64,000 nt of DNA from an uncultured Burkholderiales bacterium (GCA_937873395.1 CALMYH010000002.1:1961-65960); one strand, 5' to 3'; shown: positions 48,684 to 60,943, numbered from the stretch's first letter. Numbers and translations: made by a program. Notes: generated by a model from the letters alone, not told the origin.

Positions 48684-49943
48684 ATGGGCAAGCTGCTGAT
48701 CCCCTTGTCGTCGCTGCTCAGCGGCGTCGGCCTGTTGGTGGTCGGCGTGGGCTTGCTGTTTTCGGTGGTCGGACTGAGGGCGGGACTGGCCGATTTTTCC
48801 GGTCTGACGCTGGGCCTGGTGATGTCCGCCTATTTCGCAGGCTTTGTCCTGGGTACCTACGTCTGCCCGGTCGTCATCCGCCGCGTGGGTCATATCCGCG
48901 CCTTTGCAGCCATGGCGTCGGTGGCCTCGACCATGCCCATCCTCCACGCACTGTGGATCGACCCCTGGTTCTGGGGCGTTCTTCGATTGATCACGGGGGT
49001 GTGTCTGGTGGGGCTCTACATGGTGGTGGAAAGCTGGTTGAACGCGCTGGCACCCAACGACCAGCGGGGCAAGGTGTTTGCCGCCTACATGTCGGTCAAT
49101 TTCGTCGCACTGGCTCTGGGACAATGGCTGATTCTGGTGGGCGACCGCCTGGGCTTTGTGCCTTTTGCCATGGTGTCGGTGATGTTTTCTTTTGCCTTGC
49201 TGCCGATCACCTTGACGCCGGTGGAAGAGCCTGAACCTGTGGAGGCTCCGGTGTTGAGCCTGCGCAAGCTGTACGAGGCGTCGCCGCTGGGAACGGCCGC
49301 TGCCTTTGTCTCGGGCGTGCTTAACGGCACCTTCTTTGGCATGGGTGCGCTGTACGCGCAGGGCGTGGGGTTCAGTGACACCGGCGTGGCGGCCTTCATG
49401 GCCGCCACGATTCTTGGTGGTGCGGTGTTCCAGTGGCCGGTCGGCCATTATTCCGACCGGCACGACCGGCGCCTGGTGCTGTTCTGGGTCTGTACGGCCG
49501 CCTCGGTGCTGGCAGGACTTTCGCTGCTCCTGCTGACCCTTCCGCACGGGGCGCTGACGCTGCTGGGGCTGTTCTACGGTGGGCTGGTGTTCACCATCTA
49601 CGGGCTGGGTGTGGCACACGTCAACGATGTGATCGATTCATCGCGCCTGCTCGAGTTCACGGGCGGGCTGTTGCTGGTGCACGGCGCCGGTGCCGCGCTG
49701 GGTCCGACCGTTGGCGGTGTGGTGATGGACCAGTTCGGTGCCGCCAGTCTGATGCCCTTCTTTGGCTTTGTGCTGGCGGCGCTTGCGCTCTACACGATCA
49801 AGCGCATGCGGGTGGCACCACCCGTTCCCGAGGAGGCCAAGGCCGAGTATGTGGTGATGGGGGGTGGCTCTCAGGCGGTGCTCCAGATGGATCCCAGGAC
49901 CAGCCCGGAATCCGAAGGAGATGGCCCACACCGGCTGCCGTGA
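48684..49943 (+). CDS. MFS transporter
   Basis: It shows a 12-TM pattern. The start is at MGKLLIPL. Confidence 0.8.
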   Translation: MGKLLIPLSSLLSGVGLLVVGVGLLFSVVGLRAGLADFSGLTLGLVMSAYFAGFVLGTYVCPVVIRRVGHIRAFAAMASVASTMPILHALWIDPWFWGVLRLITGVCLVGLYMVVESWLNALAPNDQRGKVFAAYMSVNFVALALGQWLILVGDRLGFVPFAMVSVMFSFALLPITLTPVEEPEPVEAPVLSLRKLYEASPLGTAAAFVSGVLNGTFFGMGALYAQGVGFSDTGVAAFMAATILGGAVFQWPVGHYSDRHDRRLVLFWVCTAASVLAGLSLLLLTLPHGALTLLGLFYGGLVFTIYGLGVAHVNDVIDSSRLLEFTGGLLLVHGAGAALGPTVGGVVMDQFGAASLMPFFGFVLAALALYTIKRMRVAPPVPEEAKAEYVVMGGGSQAVLQMDPRTSPESEGDGPHRLP

Positions 49944-49988
49944 TGAGGGGCCGGTGCCAGGGATACCCGGCGGGTCGGCGCGCAGAGG

Positions 49989-51932
49989 TCAGCGCCCGGA
50001 AGGGTTCGAGTCCGGCGCGTCCACCGGGGGAACGCTGAAGCAGAAGGTGGCTCCCTGGCCGGGTGCGCTGTTGGCCTGCAGGGTGCCGCCATGGCGCAGC
50101 ACGATCCGGTGCGCTGTGGCCAGTCCGATGCCCAGGCCGCTGAACTCGTGGGGCTGGTGCAGCCGCTGGAAAGGCTGGAACAGTTTCTCGGCACGGCTCA
50201 TGTCGAAGCCCGAACCGTTGTCGGCCACACAAAACCGGGTCTCGCGTTCGTCCTGGCGCGCGTACATCCGTATGCGGGCTTCCGGCGTCGCCTCGGTGTA
50301 TTTCCAGGCGTTGTGCAGCAGGTTCTGCAGCAGGGCCTCCATCAGGGAGGGGTCTGCAGACACGACGAGATCGGGTTCGACCGTCCAATCGACCGGACGG
50401 CGGGGCGACTCGGCCGCCAGCTCTTCCAGCAGGCGGGTGGCCATCTGACTGAGGTTGACGGGCTGGCGCTGCAGTTCACCCCGCCCCACCTGGGCCAGCT
50501 TGAGCAGGCCGTCAATCAGAAGGCCCATCTTTCGGCTCGCCTGCTTGATGCGATCCAGGTGTTTTCGGCTGGCGCCATCGAGCGAGGGGTTGTCTTCTTC
50601 CAGCGCCTGGGCAAAGCCGTTGATCAGTCGCAAAGGCGAGCGCAGATCGTGCGCGACGGCATAGGAATAGCTCTCCAGCTCATCGTAGGCCGCCTTGAGT
50701 TCGCGGGTTCTTTCTCGGATGCGTTGCTCCAGCGAGGCGTTCAGGCGCTGGATCTGGCGCTCGGCCTTTTTGCGCTCGGTGACGTCCTGTGTGACACCGA
50801 ATGCACGCACGGCCCGGCCTTCGGCGTCCCGTTCAAAGTCGGCACGGACGCTGAACCAGCGATCCTCGCCATCGATGCGTGCCCGGTAGCTCGAGTTGTA
50901 CGGGCGCACGCCTTTGATGGCGTCCGTCCAGTCCTGCAGGATGCGGTCGCGATCGGGCGGGACCACCAGGGCCATCAGGTCCGGTCCGGTGAATTCGGCC
51001 CAGGGCAGACCCAGCTGACGGTGCGAGTTGTCCAGCGTCCGGAACCGGTTGGCCGCGACGTCGGCCTCCCAGCTGGCCAACCCGGCCAGGGCGTGGGCCT
51101 GCTTCAGCAAGCGCTCGCTGTCGCGCAGGGCGGCCTCGGCCGTCTTGATGGCCGAAATGTCCTGCACCACAGACACGAAGTAGTCCGGCACATCCGGTGC
51201 CCGGCGCACCAGCGCCACAGTCAGGTGAACCCACAGCACCTGACCGTCCTTGCGGAGGTAGCGCTTCTCGATCGAATAGCGGTCGCGTTCCCCCCTCAGG
51301 GTCTGCTGCAGCAGAGCCTCGTCCGGCACGATGTCGTCCGGATGGGTGAAGTCCTGGAAACGCATGCTCAGCAGTTCTTGCTCGGTGTAGCCCAGCATCC
51401 GGCAGAAAGTCTGGTTCACCAGCATGAGTCTGCCATGCTGATCCACCTGCGTGATGCCGGCGGCGGCATGTTCGAAGGTGTCGCGAAAACGCTTGCGGCT
51501 GGCCTGCAGCTCGTCGTGCAACTCGCGCAGGCGCAGGTTCTGACCCTGCATCCACCAGATGGCGCCCACCACGACCAGCTGGGTCAGGAAATGCCAGAGA
51601 TTGAGCCAGAAGGCTTCGAGCGGGTTCTGGAAAGCGAAGGAGCCGTAGGGCTCGACCATGAAGAAGTTGACCAGCACCATGCCAAGCACCGTGCTGGTCA
51701 TGCCGGCGGCAAAGCCGCCATAGAGAGCGGAGATGGCGGCGGCCAGGGACACCGTGATGAACCGCCCGCCCGACTCGGCGGGTGCCAGGGCCAGACGCAA
51801 CCAGGCCGCCAGCAGGGTCAGGGCGATGGCCACAGCCAGCCTGAGCCAGACACTGTGTCTGGACGGATGCCAGTTCCACAGGCGCGCCCATGCGCGGCGG
51901 CGCTCGGGCAGGACGGTCGGCGGTGGTTTCAT
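49989..51932 (-). CDS. Membrane-anchored PAS/PAS sensor histidine kinase
   Basis: It has an N-terminal TM region (DUF4118-like), two PAS domains, the HisKA motif YAVAHDLRSPL and an HATPase domain (GLGIGLATAHRIV). Confidence 0.88.
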   Translation of the reverse strand: MKPPPTVLPERRRAWARLWNWHPSRHSVWLRLAVAIALTLLAAWLRLALAPAESGGRFITVSLAAAISALYGGFAAGMTSTVLGMVLVNFFMVEPYGSFAFQNPLEAFWLNLWHFLTQLVVVGAIWWMQGQNLRLRELHDELQASRKRFRDTFEHAAAGITQVDQHGRLMLVNQTFCRMLGYTEQELLSMRFQDFTHPDDIVPDEALLQQTLRGERDRYSIEKRYLRKDGQVLWVHLTVALVRRAPDVPDYFVSVVQDISAIKTAEAALRDSERLLKQAHALAGLASWEADVAANRFRTLDNSHRQLGLPWAEFTGPDLMALVVPPDRDRILQDWTDAIKGVRPYNSSYRARIDGEDRWFSVRADFERDAEGRAVRAFGVTQDVTERKKAERQIQRLNASLEQRIRERTRELKAAYDELESYSYAVAHDLRSPLRLINGFAQALEEDNPSLDGASRKHLDRIKQASRKMGLLIDGLLKLAQVGRGELQRQPVNLSQMATRLLEELAAESPRRPVDWTVEPDLVVSADPSLMEALLQNLLHNAWKYTEATPEARIRMYARQDERETRFCVADNGSGFDMSRAEKLFQPFQRLHQPHEFSGLGIGLATAHRIVLRHGGTLQANSAPGQGATFCFSVPPVDAPDSNPSGR

Positions 51933-52090
51933 TCAGGAAAAAAGCCCGGGAGCACCGGACGGGCGGCGCTATCCCCCCAGCGGGAACAGACATTCCTGTT
52001 TATACGGTTTCCCTGGCTCCCCCATTGTGAGGGAAAGCGAGCGGGATGCAGCGCATTTCTGATGATCGGATCCAGGTGTGTGGACGGGAC

Positions 52091-52927
52091 CTAGCGGGCC
52101 ATGGCCTGCAACACCTGGTCGATGGCTGCAGCGGTGTCCTGGGGTTTCTCCATCGGGAACAGGTGGCTGCCCTCAAGCATCAGAAGGCGCTCAGGGTGCG
52201 GACCGACCAGTTTTCGCGTCATGGTCATCCCCACCTGTTGCATCTCCAGCGAGCGCGTACCCCCGATGAAGCCCACCGGACACTGCAGCGGATGCCGCCG
52301 CAACAGGCGGTCCAGATTGTGGGGCAGGGTGTTGTAGATGCGTGTCTCGATGTCACGATCGAAGGAAAGCACGCGGCGGCTCCCCTGGGGCGTCGATTCG
52401 TCGTGGGTGCCCAGCGCGATGTAGTCGCGAAGCACCTGGGGGTCCCAGCGGGCGAAGGCCTTTTTGTGGGCAAAGTGTTCGAAGGCAGACCCGGCGTCCG
52501 GCCACTGGTTGCGTCGGCGCCGGCTCACCTTGCCGGGCGACACCGAGCCGACCAACTGGGTGCGCTTGATCAGCTCGAGTGTGCGTGCGCGCCAGCCGCC
52601 CAGCACGGGCGAGTCGATCAGGAGCACACCACGCACCGGGTGGCCGCCCAGCATGGGGTGGCGGGCTGCACACATCAGGCTCAGAAAGCCACCCAGCGAG
52701 TGCCCCACCAGCCAGGCACCCTGTCCGTGGCGTTCGATTTCGGGGGCTGCGAAATCGGCCAGCTGCTGCACCAGGTGGGGCCAGTTGCTGGTCACCGGGT
52801 AGCGCGGGTCGTGACCGAACTTTTCGACCGCCCTCACGGCGTGGCCGCGCGAACGCAGGCTGCGAAACAGCATGCCATAGGTGCTGGCAGGGAAGCTGTT
52901 GGCGTGGGAGAAGATGATGAGAGACAT
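52091..52927 (-). CDS. Alpha/beta hydrolase
   Basis: The nucleophile elbow GHSLGG is present. Confidence 0.8.
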   Translation of the reverse strand: MSLIIFSHANSFPASTYGMLFRSLRSRGHAVRAVEKFGHDPRYPVTSNWPHLVQQLADFAAPEIERHGQGAWLVGHSLGGFLSLMCAARHPMLGGHPVRGVLLIDSPVLGGWRARTLELIKRTQLVGSVSPGKVSRRRRNQWPDAGSAFEHFAHKKAFARWDPQVLRDYIALGTHDESTPQGSRRVLSFDRDIETRIYNTLPHNLDRLLRRHPLQCPVGFIGGTRSLEMQQVGMTMTRKLVGPHPERLLMLEGSHLFPMEKPQDTAAAIDQVLQAMAR

Positions 52928-52973
52928 GGCGACAAGAGGCTGAAAAGAGCCCAGCGACCGTGCGTGAACCGGC

Positions 52974-53804
52974 TCAGATGAGCTTCTCCTGCGCGTTGCG
53001 GATTTTCTGCAAGGGTCTTTGCCGGCCCTGGTTCTCGCACATCAGGGGGACCTCGGTGTGGCTGCCGTCCCAGGTGGGGTGCTCGATGCCGTCGAAAACC
53101 TCGCGCAATTTCCGGCCCCAGGTGCTGCGGACCATCTGGAAGTAGGGGTTGCTGTCGTCGATGCAGGTGATCTTGTCACTCTGCAGCGCGTTGGCCTCGT
53201 AGACCGCCAGGTCCAGCGGCAGGCCGACCGAGAGGTTGGATTTGAGGGTCGAGTCCATCGACACCAGGACACATTTGGCAGCCTCGTCGAGTGGAGTCTC
53301 GGGGGTGATGACGCGGTCGAGCACGGGTTTCCCGTACTTGGATTCGCCGATCTGGAAAAACGGGGTTTCGGCGGTGGCCTCGATGAAGTTGCCGGCCGAG
53401 TAGACCTGGAACAGGCGCATGCCCTCGCCCTTGACCTGGCCGCCGAAGATCATGGAGACATTGAACTCGACCCCGGAGCGTTTGAGCGCCTCGCCGTCGC
53501 GGTTGTAGACGTGGCGCACGGCCGAGCCCAGCACCCGTGCGGCGTCGAACATGCTCGGCGCGTTCCAGATGGTGAGTGGCTCACCGCCGTCGGGGTCCTG
53601 GAGCTTTTCCACCTGCAGGATTTCGCGCACCGACTGCGAGATGCTCAGGTTACCGGCCGACAGCAGGCACATGAAGCGATCGCCCGGCTTTTCGTAGACG
53701 ATCATCTTGCGGAAGGTGCTGATCTGGTCCAGTCCCGCGTTGGTGCGGGAGTCGGACAGGAACACCAGGCCGGCCTTGAGCTTGACAGCAACGCAGTAGG
53801 TCAT
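52974..53804 (-). CDS. Anbu-type proteasome beta-subunit homolog (peptidase T1 family)
   Basis: It begins [24 protein letters not shown], so Thr2 would be the N-terminal nucleophile. It has the T1-family pattern. Its start overlaps the mutS stop. Confidence 0.8.
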   Translation of the reverse strand: MTYCVAVKLKAGLVFLSDSRTNAGLDQISTFRKMIVYEKPGDRFMCLLSAGNLSISQSVREILQVEKLQDPDGGEPLTIWNAPSMFDAARVLGSAVRHVYNRDGEALKRSGVEFNVSMIFGGQVKGEGMRLFQVYSAGNFIEATAETPFFQIGESKYGKPVLDRVITPETPLDEAAKCVLVSMDSTLKSNLSVGLPLDLAVYEANALQSDKITCIDDSNPYFQMVRSTWGRKLREVFDGIEHPTWDGSHTEVPLMCENQGRQRPLQKIRNAQEKLI

Positions 53805-56431
53805 GATTTTTCAGCGAGTTTCTTGAGAGAGTAGAGCTGTTCCAGCGCTTCGCGCGGACTCAGGGTGTCGGGGTCGATGGTGGCCAGCGCGACCAGCACC
53901 GGGGGTGTCTCGGGTTCGGGCGCGGCCGGCGGGGGCGCGAACAGGTCGACCTGCACCCGGCTGTTTTCGCTGTGGGCCTCCAGTGCCGCCAGAGCGTGTT
54001 TCGCGTGCTGCACCACAGCCGAAGGTACACCGGCCAGACGGGCGACCTGGATGCCGTAGCTGCGGCTGGCGGGGCCGGGTTCGATCTGGTGCAAAAAGAC
54101 GATGCCGCTCTTGCCACCACCCTCGACCGCACTCACGTGCACGTTGACCGCGCTGTGGTGGGTGGCCGGAAACTCGGTGAGCTCGAAGTAGTGGGTGGCG
54201 AACAGGGCAAAGCAGCGCGCCTTGTCGTGCAGGTGGGTGGCGATACCCCCGGCCAGGGCCAGGCCGTCGAAGGTCGAGGTGCCACGGCCAATCTCGTCCA
54301 TCAGCACCAGACTTTGTGGTGTGGCGGCATGCAGGATCTGAGCGGCTTCAGTCATCTCGACCATGAAGGTGGACTGCGCGTTGGCCAGGTCGTCGGCCGC
54401 ACCGATGCGCGTGTGGATGGCGTCGATGGGCCCCAGGCGGCAGCTGGCGGCCGGCACGTAACTGCCCATGCTGGCCAGCAGCACGATCACCGCCACCTGG
54501 CGCATGTAGGTGCTCTTGCCGCCCATGTTGGGGCCGGTGATGACCTGCATGCGCTGCTTGCCGCCCAGCACCGTGTCGTTGGCGATGAAGCTGCCACCTG
54601 TGGTTTCATTCAGGCGGGCTTCAACCACGGGATGGCGGCCGGCGCGGATCTCGATGCAGGGCTCGGGGGTGAATGTGGGTTCGCTCCAGTTCAGCGTCAG
54701 CGAGCGCTCGGCCAGGGCGCAAAGCGCGTCCAGCGAGGCCATGGCGCGGGCTAGGCGGGTGAGAGGGTCGATGAAGGCCTGGAGTTCGTCCAGCAGGTGC
54801 TCGTAGAGCCACTTCTCCCGCGCCAGTGCCCGTTCCTGGGCCGACAGGGCCTTGTCCTCGAAAGCCTTGAGTTCGGGGGTGATGAAACGCTCGGCGTTCT
54901 TCAGCGTCTGGCGGCGCCGGTAGTCGTCGGGCACCTTGTCGACCTGGCCCTGGGTCACCTCGATGTAGAAGCCGTGCACCTTGTTGTACTGCACGCGCAG
55001 GTTGGCGATGCCGGTGCGCTCCCGTTCGCGCGTTTCCAGCTCGATCAGGAAGCCGTCGCAATTGGTCTGGATGGCGCGCAGCTCGTCCAGCTCGGTGTCG
55101 AAGCCGTCGGCCATCACGCCGCCATCGCGGATGAGCGCGGCAGGCTCAGGGCGGATGGCCTGGGTCAGCCGTTCAGCGCAGCCCACAGGGGGTGTCAGGT
55201 CGAGGGCCAGCTGTTGGAGCAAGGTTGGAGGGTTCGATCCCAATCCCAGGTCCAGTGACAGGGCCAGCTGGCCGGCCCGGACCAGTGTCTGCGTCAGGCC
55301 AACGAGTTCGCGGGGACGGACCTGGCGCAGCGCGATGCGGGCGGTGATGCGCTCGACGTCGCTGGCGCCTTTGAGCTCGCGGCGCAGGGTCTGCCAGAGG
55401 CCGGAACGCAGCACCCCGAGGGCAGCCAGGCGCTCACGGGCCTGGCTTCGGTCGCGTCGGGGCTCCAGCATCCATTGGCGCAGCGCGCGGCTGCCCATGC
55501 CGGTGTGGCAGGTGTCCAGCAGCGAGAACAGGGTGGGGCTGTTCTCGCCGCGAAGGGTGTGGGTGAGCTCCAGGTTGCGCCGGGTGTTGGCTGGCAGGTC
55601 GATCCGTTCGCCACTGCGTGCGATCTGCAGGCTTCTGATGTGGCTGAGCGCTCGGCCTTGGGTGTGCTCGGCGTAGGCGAGCAATGCGGCGGCGGCGGCG
55701 TGCGCGTCCTTGAGGTCTTGTGCGTCCCAGGCGGCCAGGCTGACGGCCTGCAGCTGTTCCAGCAGTTTACGCTCGCCCAGGGCGGTGTCAAAGGCCCAGG
55801 CGGGCCGCACCACGGCGACACAGCGTTGTCCGTCGGGCAGGGGCAGCGCCGCCACGGCATGGACGGCCTTCTCGAACGAGGGGGAGACTTCGGCGCTGTA
55901 CAGCATCTCACCCGGAGCGATGCGGGCGACCCAGTCGGCCAGCTCGTCGCTGGCGCATTGGGCGAGGAACACGATGCCTTGCGTGACCGACATCCAGGCC
56001 AGGCCGAGGCCGGTACGCGGGCCGGGGTGCACGGCCATGACCCACGCCTCGGTCTTGTCGGACAGAAGCTCGCTGTCGGTCAGGGTGCCGGGCGTCACTA
56101 CCCGCACCACCTTGCGCTCGACCGGCCCCTTGGCGCTGGCCACGTCACCCACCTGTTCGGCAATGGCCACCGATTCGCCCAGCTTGATCAGCCGCGCCAG
56201 GTAGCTGTCGACCGAATGGAAAGGAACCCCCGCCATCACCACCGGTTCCCCGGCCGACTGGCCGCGCTGGGTCAGGGTGATGTCCAGCAGCCGGGCGGCC
56301 TTCTCGGCATCACCGTAGAAGAGCTCGTAGAAGTCACCCATCCGGTAAAACACCAAGGTGTGCGGAAATCCGGCCTTGATGGCCAGATATTGCTGCATCA
56401 TCGGGGTGTGTCTGTCCAGTGGCGCGCTCAA
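53801..56431 (-). CDS. mutS: DNA mismatch repair protein MutS
   Basis: It has a TTG start. The N-terminus reads [16 protein letters not shown]...[11 protein letters not shown], and Walker A is GPNMGGKST. Confidence 0.97.
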   Translation of the reverse strand: MSAPLDRHTPMMQQYLAIKAGFPHTLVFYRMGDFYELFYGDAEKAARLLDITLTQRGQSAGEPVVMAGVPFHSVDSYLARLIKLGESVAIAEQVGDVASAKGPVERKVVRVVTPGTLTDSELLSDKTEAWVMAVHPGPRTGLGLAWMSVTQGIVFLAQCASDELADWVARIAPGEMLYSAEVSPSFEKAVHAVAALPLPDGQRCVAVVRPAWAFDTALGERKLLEQLQAVSLAAWDAQDLKDAHAAAAALLAYAEHTQGRALSHIRSLQIARSGERIDLPANTRRNLELTHTLRGENSPTLFSLLDTCHTGMGSRALRQWMLEPRRDRSQARERLAALGVLRSGLWQTLRRELKGASDVERITARIALRQVRPRELVGLTQTLVRAGQLALSLDLGLGSNPPTLLQQLALDLTPPVGCAERLTQAIRPEPAALIRDGGVMADGFDTELDELRAIQTNCDGFLIELETRERERTGIANLRVQYNKVHGFYIEVTQGQVDKVPDDYRRRQTLKNAERFITPELKAFEDKALSAQERALAREKWLYEHLLDELQAFIDPLTRLARAMASLDALCALAERSLTLNWSEPTFTPEPCIEIRAGRHPVVEARLNETTGGSFIANDTVLGGKQRMQVITGPNMGGKSTYMRQVAVIVLLASMGSYVPAASCRLGPIDAIHTRIGAADDLANAQSTFMVEMTEAAQILHAATPQSLVLMDEIGRGTSTFDGLALAGGIATHLHDKARCFALFATHYFELTEFPATHHSAVNVHVSAVEGGGKSGIVFLHQIEPGPASRSYGIQVARLAGVPSAVVQHAKHALAALEAHSENSRVQVDLFAPPPAAPEPETPPVLVALATIDPDTLSPREALEQLYSLKKLAEKS

Positions 56432-56519
56432 TGGGGACTCGTCGGGTTGCCTGAAAACCAGGCAGAGACTGTATCAGTTCGCATGGCCGCCCCCGCCCCA
56501 GTTTTATTCCGAACCCTCC

Positions 56520-59500
56520 ATGACCTCTCCGGAGATCGCCCAGGTGCCCGGGACCGAGCACCCGAACAAGGCCGCCAATGGCGCGCAGGCGTGCCTTCCC
56601 CCGCTGGATCTGCTGTTCCTGTCGGCACCGCTTCCGCTGGCCCTGACCCGGCGTTCCGATGGCCAGTTGCTGGCGGTCAACGATGCCTGGGTCCGGTTCA
56701 CAGGTGTGGGGCGGGAGCAGGCACAGGGACAGACCACCCTGTCCCTGTCTCACTGGATGAGCGGGGAACAGCGCCAGCGCTACCTGGCCGCGCTGGATGC
56801 CGGTGAATCCGTCTTCACCTATGAGAACTATGGTCGGAAAGGCCGGCGTGTGCGTCTGCACACCACCCTCCTGGAACACCAGGGCGAGGCGATGCTGCTG
56901 GTGAGCCTGCAGGACATCACGCGCGAGCACGAAGCGGAGCAGCGCCTGATCGAGGCCAACCGGCGACTGCAGCAGCAGGTGGAATTGCACGAGGCCACCG
57001 AACGCCTGGCGCGCGTGGGGCACTGGACTGTTCCGGAAGACGAGGAGCAGGTGGTCTGGTCCCGGGGGCTGCGGGCCATTGTGGGTGTCGATCCGGATGA
57101 GGAGCTGAACCGTGATCAGGCCCGCGCCATCCTCCATGAAGACGACCGGGCTGCCTGGCTGGCGGCGCGCGAAGCCATGGATGGTCGCGTGATCGAGTTC
57201 CGTGTCTGGACCCGGCAGGGAGAGATGCGCTGGGTGCGCTCGCGCATGAGCCACACCCTGGTCCGTGGCAACCCGCAGACCGATTTCGGCATCGTGCAGG
57301 ACATCACGGCTGAAAAGCTGGCCCTGGATGCCGCGGCCGAAAAGGCCGAGTTCGTGCGCCAGATTGCGGCCCGGGTGCCTGGTCTGATCTACCAGGCTCG
57401 ACTGCGTCCGGACGGACGCAGCGAAATTCCTTTCGTCAACAACGCGGTCCATGGCATGCTTGAACTGGCGCCCGAGGACTTGCGCCGAGACGCCCGGCTG
57501 CTCTTTCAGAGGGTGCATCCGGAAGACCGTACGGCGGTCGAAAAGGCCTTGGCTGTGTCGGCCCGGGAGCTCACGCCCTGGCGCCAGCGTTATCGGGCGG
57601 TCCTGCCCAAAGGCGGCGTGCGCTGGTACAGCGTCGAGGCCGTGCCACAGGCCGAGCCGGACGGATCCGTTCTTTGGCATGGTTTCACCACGGATGTCAC
57701 GGAAAGCCACCGTGCCAGTGAGCAGCTGCTGGCCCAGCACCGCATGCTGGAGGCCATCCGCCAGGCTCAGGCGTCCTACATCGACTCGCGCGACCGGACG
57801 CAGGTCTTCGACGCCTTGTTGCAGACCGTGCTCGAACTGACCGGCAGTGCCTATGGCTTCTTGGGTGAGGTGTTGCGCGATGCCGACGGACAGCCCTACC
57901 TGGTGACCCATGCGCTGAGCGACATCGCCTGGGACGACCACTCCCGGGCGCAGATGCAGAAGCACCGGGTCGAGGGCATGGCGTTCCGCAACCTGCAGAC
58001 GCTGTTCGGAGAGGTGATGACGACCGGGGAGGTGGTGATCGCCAACCGTCCGTCCGCAGACCCCCGCTCCGGGGGCATACCGCCAGGCCATCCCTCGCTC
58101 GAGGCGTTCATGGGCATCCCGGTGCATGTGGGTGAACAGCTGGTGGCCATGGTTGGTCTGGCCAACCGGCCGGTTGGGTACGCAGAGGCGGACATCGAGT
58201 TCCTGCGACCCCTGCTGGCCACCCTGGGGCAGCTGGTACTGGCCTTGCGCCAGCAAATCGAGCAGGCTCAGACCCTTCGGATACTGGAGTCGACCAGCGC
58301 CGAACTGGTACGCCAGCGCGAATCGCTGCAGATCACGCTCGACAGCATGTCGCAGGGCATCAGCCTGGTCGACAGCGACCGCCGCACCGTGGTTTACAAC
58401 CGGCGCCTGCTGGAGTTGCTGGACCTGCCCGAGAGCCTGATGGCTTCGCAGCCAACGCATGAACAGGTCGTGCAGTTCCAGGAAGGAGCGGGGTGATTTT
58501 GGCCCTGACCTGTCGTTGGTCGGTGACTCCGAGGTCCGCAGCTACATCGAACGCAACGACAACATGTGGGTGCCCGAGCTGTATTTGCGCCGCACCCGCC
58601 AAGGGCGTGTGCTTGAAATCCGCTCCCGCAAGCTGGGCGGCGGGGGCATGGTGCGCACCTACAGCGATGTCACGTCCTACGTGCACGCCCAGGAGCAGCT
58701 CACCGAGGAGCGCCAGCGCCTGTCCTGGGTGCTGGAGGCCACCCGGCCCGGGATCTGGGAGTTCGACCACCGCAATCAGGTGTTCAAGATCGACGACCGC
58801 TGGGCGGGCATGCTGGGATATGCCGTCTGCGAGCTCGAACCCCTGTCCGAAGACACCTGGCGCCGGCTCACCCATCCTGACGATCTGCCGCGGATCGACG
58901 CCGCCCTTCGACGCCACATCGCCGGCGAGACCAGCTACTACGAATGCGACATCCGGATGCGGCACAAGCTGGGGCACTGGGTCTGGATCAATGACCGCGC
59001 CCGTGTCCACCGGCGTGACCCGGACGGCATGGCCCTTTACATGTCCGGCACCCACATCGACATCACCGAACGCGTGCTGGCCCAGGAGCAGGTCAAGGCC
59101 CTCAATGCCACGCTGGAGCAGCGCGTGCGGGAGCGCACCGCTGCACTCGAACGCTCCATGCGCGACATGGAGACCATCTCCTACTCGATTGCCCACGACC
59201 TGCGGGCACCCCTGCGGGCAGTGAACGGCTTTGCCTCCCTGATTGCGGAGCAGGGCGAAGCCATCGGGCCGGTCAACCACGAGATGTTCCTGCGCATCTC
59301 CCGCGCCTCGCGCAACATGGGTCAGATGATCACCGACATGCTGGAGTTGCTGCGCGTGGTCCGGGTCGATCTGAACACCGTACCGGTGGATCTGGCACCC
59401 TTGGCGCGGCGCGTGGCCGACTCCCTGGCGCCCGGCATGCAACCGTCCGATCTGGAGTGCGGACCCTTGCCGCCGGTGATGGGCGACGCCACCCTGCTGC

Positions 59501-59814
59501 ACCAGGTGCTGTCCAACCTGCTGGATAACGCCATCAAATACGCCCAACCGGGCACACGACCCACCGTCGAACTGGGTTACGACGCGGTCAAGGCCGCCTA
59601 CTACCTGAAGGACGGCGGTATCGGCTTCGACATGTCACGTGCCGGCAAGCTGTTCGGGCTGTTCCAGCGCATGCACCTCGCCACCAACGTGCCCGGCACC
59701 GGCGTCGGGCTGGCCATTGTGGCCCGCATCATCGAGCGGCACGGTGGGCGCATCTGGGCCGAGTCCACGCCGGGCCAGGGCAGCACCTTCTGGTGGACGC
59801 TGCCAGCGGCCTGA
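56520..59814 (+). pseudogene. Soluble multi-PAS/GAF sensor histidine kinase interrupted by a +1 frameshift near 58490
   Basis: ORF 56358..58496 ends inside a PAS domain (...THEQVVQFQEGAG*). The same domain continues in the +1 frame of ORF 58459..59814 (...RGDFGPDLSLVGDSEVRSYIERN...MVRTYSDVTSY). A G4 run lies at 58490..58493. Confidence 0.7.
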
Positions 59815-59857
59815 ACCGGCGGACCGAGGCCTGCCGGGCCAGCGCGCGAAAGCGCTC

Positions 59858-60784
59858 TCAGAATGGTGCGTTTTCGGCGGCCGGCGGCAAGTCGTCGCTC
59901 GGTTTCGCCGCTGCGGCCTCGGCTTCTGCGGCTGGGGCTCGGCTCTGGCGAACAGCCGCCTTGTCGCCTGCGCTGGCGAACTTGCTGTATTTGCCGACCA
60001 CGCCCACCAGCTGGCCGTAGATGCGCGGGTTGGCGGCCAGGCATTCCTTCTGCTCCAGAAAGTCCGCTTCACCGGTGAAGTTGCCGATCAGGCCGCCGGC
60101 TTCGGTCACCAGCAGGGCACCGGCGGCCACGTCCCAGGGCGACAGGCCCATTTCGAAGAAGCCGTCGGAGAAACCGGCGGCCACATAGGCCAAGTCGAGC
60201 GCCGCCGAACCCGGGCGGCGCACGCCAGCGCAGCGCGGCATCACGTCGCCCAGCATCTTCAGGTAGGTCTGGAAGGCATCGCCCGGTCGGAAGGGAAAGC
60301 CGGTGCTCAGCAGGCAGTCGCGCAGCGCCGTGCGTTTGGCGACCCGGATGCGGCGTTCGTTGAGGTAGGCGCCACGGCCCCGGGTGGCGCAGAACAGGTC
60401 GTTGCGGGTCGGGTCGTAGATGACCGCCTGCTCCAGCCGGCCCTTGACCATCAGCGCAATGCTGACGCAGTAGACCGGAAAGCCATGGATGAAGTTGGTG
60501 GTGCCATCCAGCGGATCGATGATCCAGATGTGCTCTTTGTCGCGGCCTTTGCCGTCACGCCGTCCGGACTCCTCGGCCCAGATGCCGTGATCCGGGTAGG
60601 CGGTCAGCAGAGTCTCGATGATGGCCTGCTCGGCCGCGTGGTCGACTTCGGTGACGAAATCGTTGGTCTGCTTGGCCGACACCCGGACCGACTCAACATC
60701 GAGGGCGGCGCGGTTGATGATGGCGCCGGCGGCGCGGGCGGCCTTGATGGCCACGTTGAGCATGGGGTGGAGGCTGGACGACAT
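59858..60784 (-). CDS. suhB: Inositol monophosphatase family protein SuhB
   Basis: The motifs [12 protein letters not shown] and DLAYVAAG are present. The start is at MSSSLHP. It carries a ~44-aa Ala/Pro-rich C-terminal tail. Confidence 0.9.
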   Translation of the reverse strand: MSSSLHPMLNVAIKAARAAGAIINRAALDVESVRVSAKQTNDFVTEVDHAAEQAIIETLLTAYPDHGIWAEESGRRDGKGRDKEHIWIIDPLDGTTNFIHGFPVYCVSIALMVKGRLEQAVIYDPTRNDLFCATRGRGAYLNERRIRVAKRTALRDCLLSTGFPFRPGDAFQTYLKMLGDVMPRCAGVRRPGSAALDLAYVAAGFSDGFFEMGLSPWDVAAGALLVTEAGGLIGNFTGEADFLEQKECLAANPRIYGQLVGVVGKYSKFASAGDKAAVRQSRAPAAEAEAAAAKPSDDLPPAAENAPF

Positions 60785-60943
60785 GAATTGTGTTCCTGGG
60801 CCGTGCCTGGCGGACACGGCATGGGATGAAGAGCGAAACGGAAACGCCCCGGCGATGCGGGGCGACGACAATACACAGATTCTACCGGCCCCGGACCCTA
60901 TGTGTGGGGCTTTTTTGCCATTGTCCGCTTTGTCCGTCACACC

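Noticed and set aside
59861-59992. The Ala/Pro/Glu-rich ~44-aa C-terminal tail on SuhB as a functional add-on domain.
   Set aside because: It is low-complexity, typical of GC-rich genomes, and has no recognisable motif. I note it only in the feature entry.
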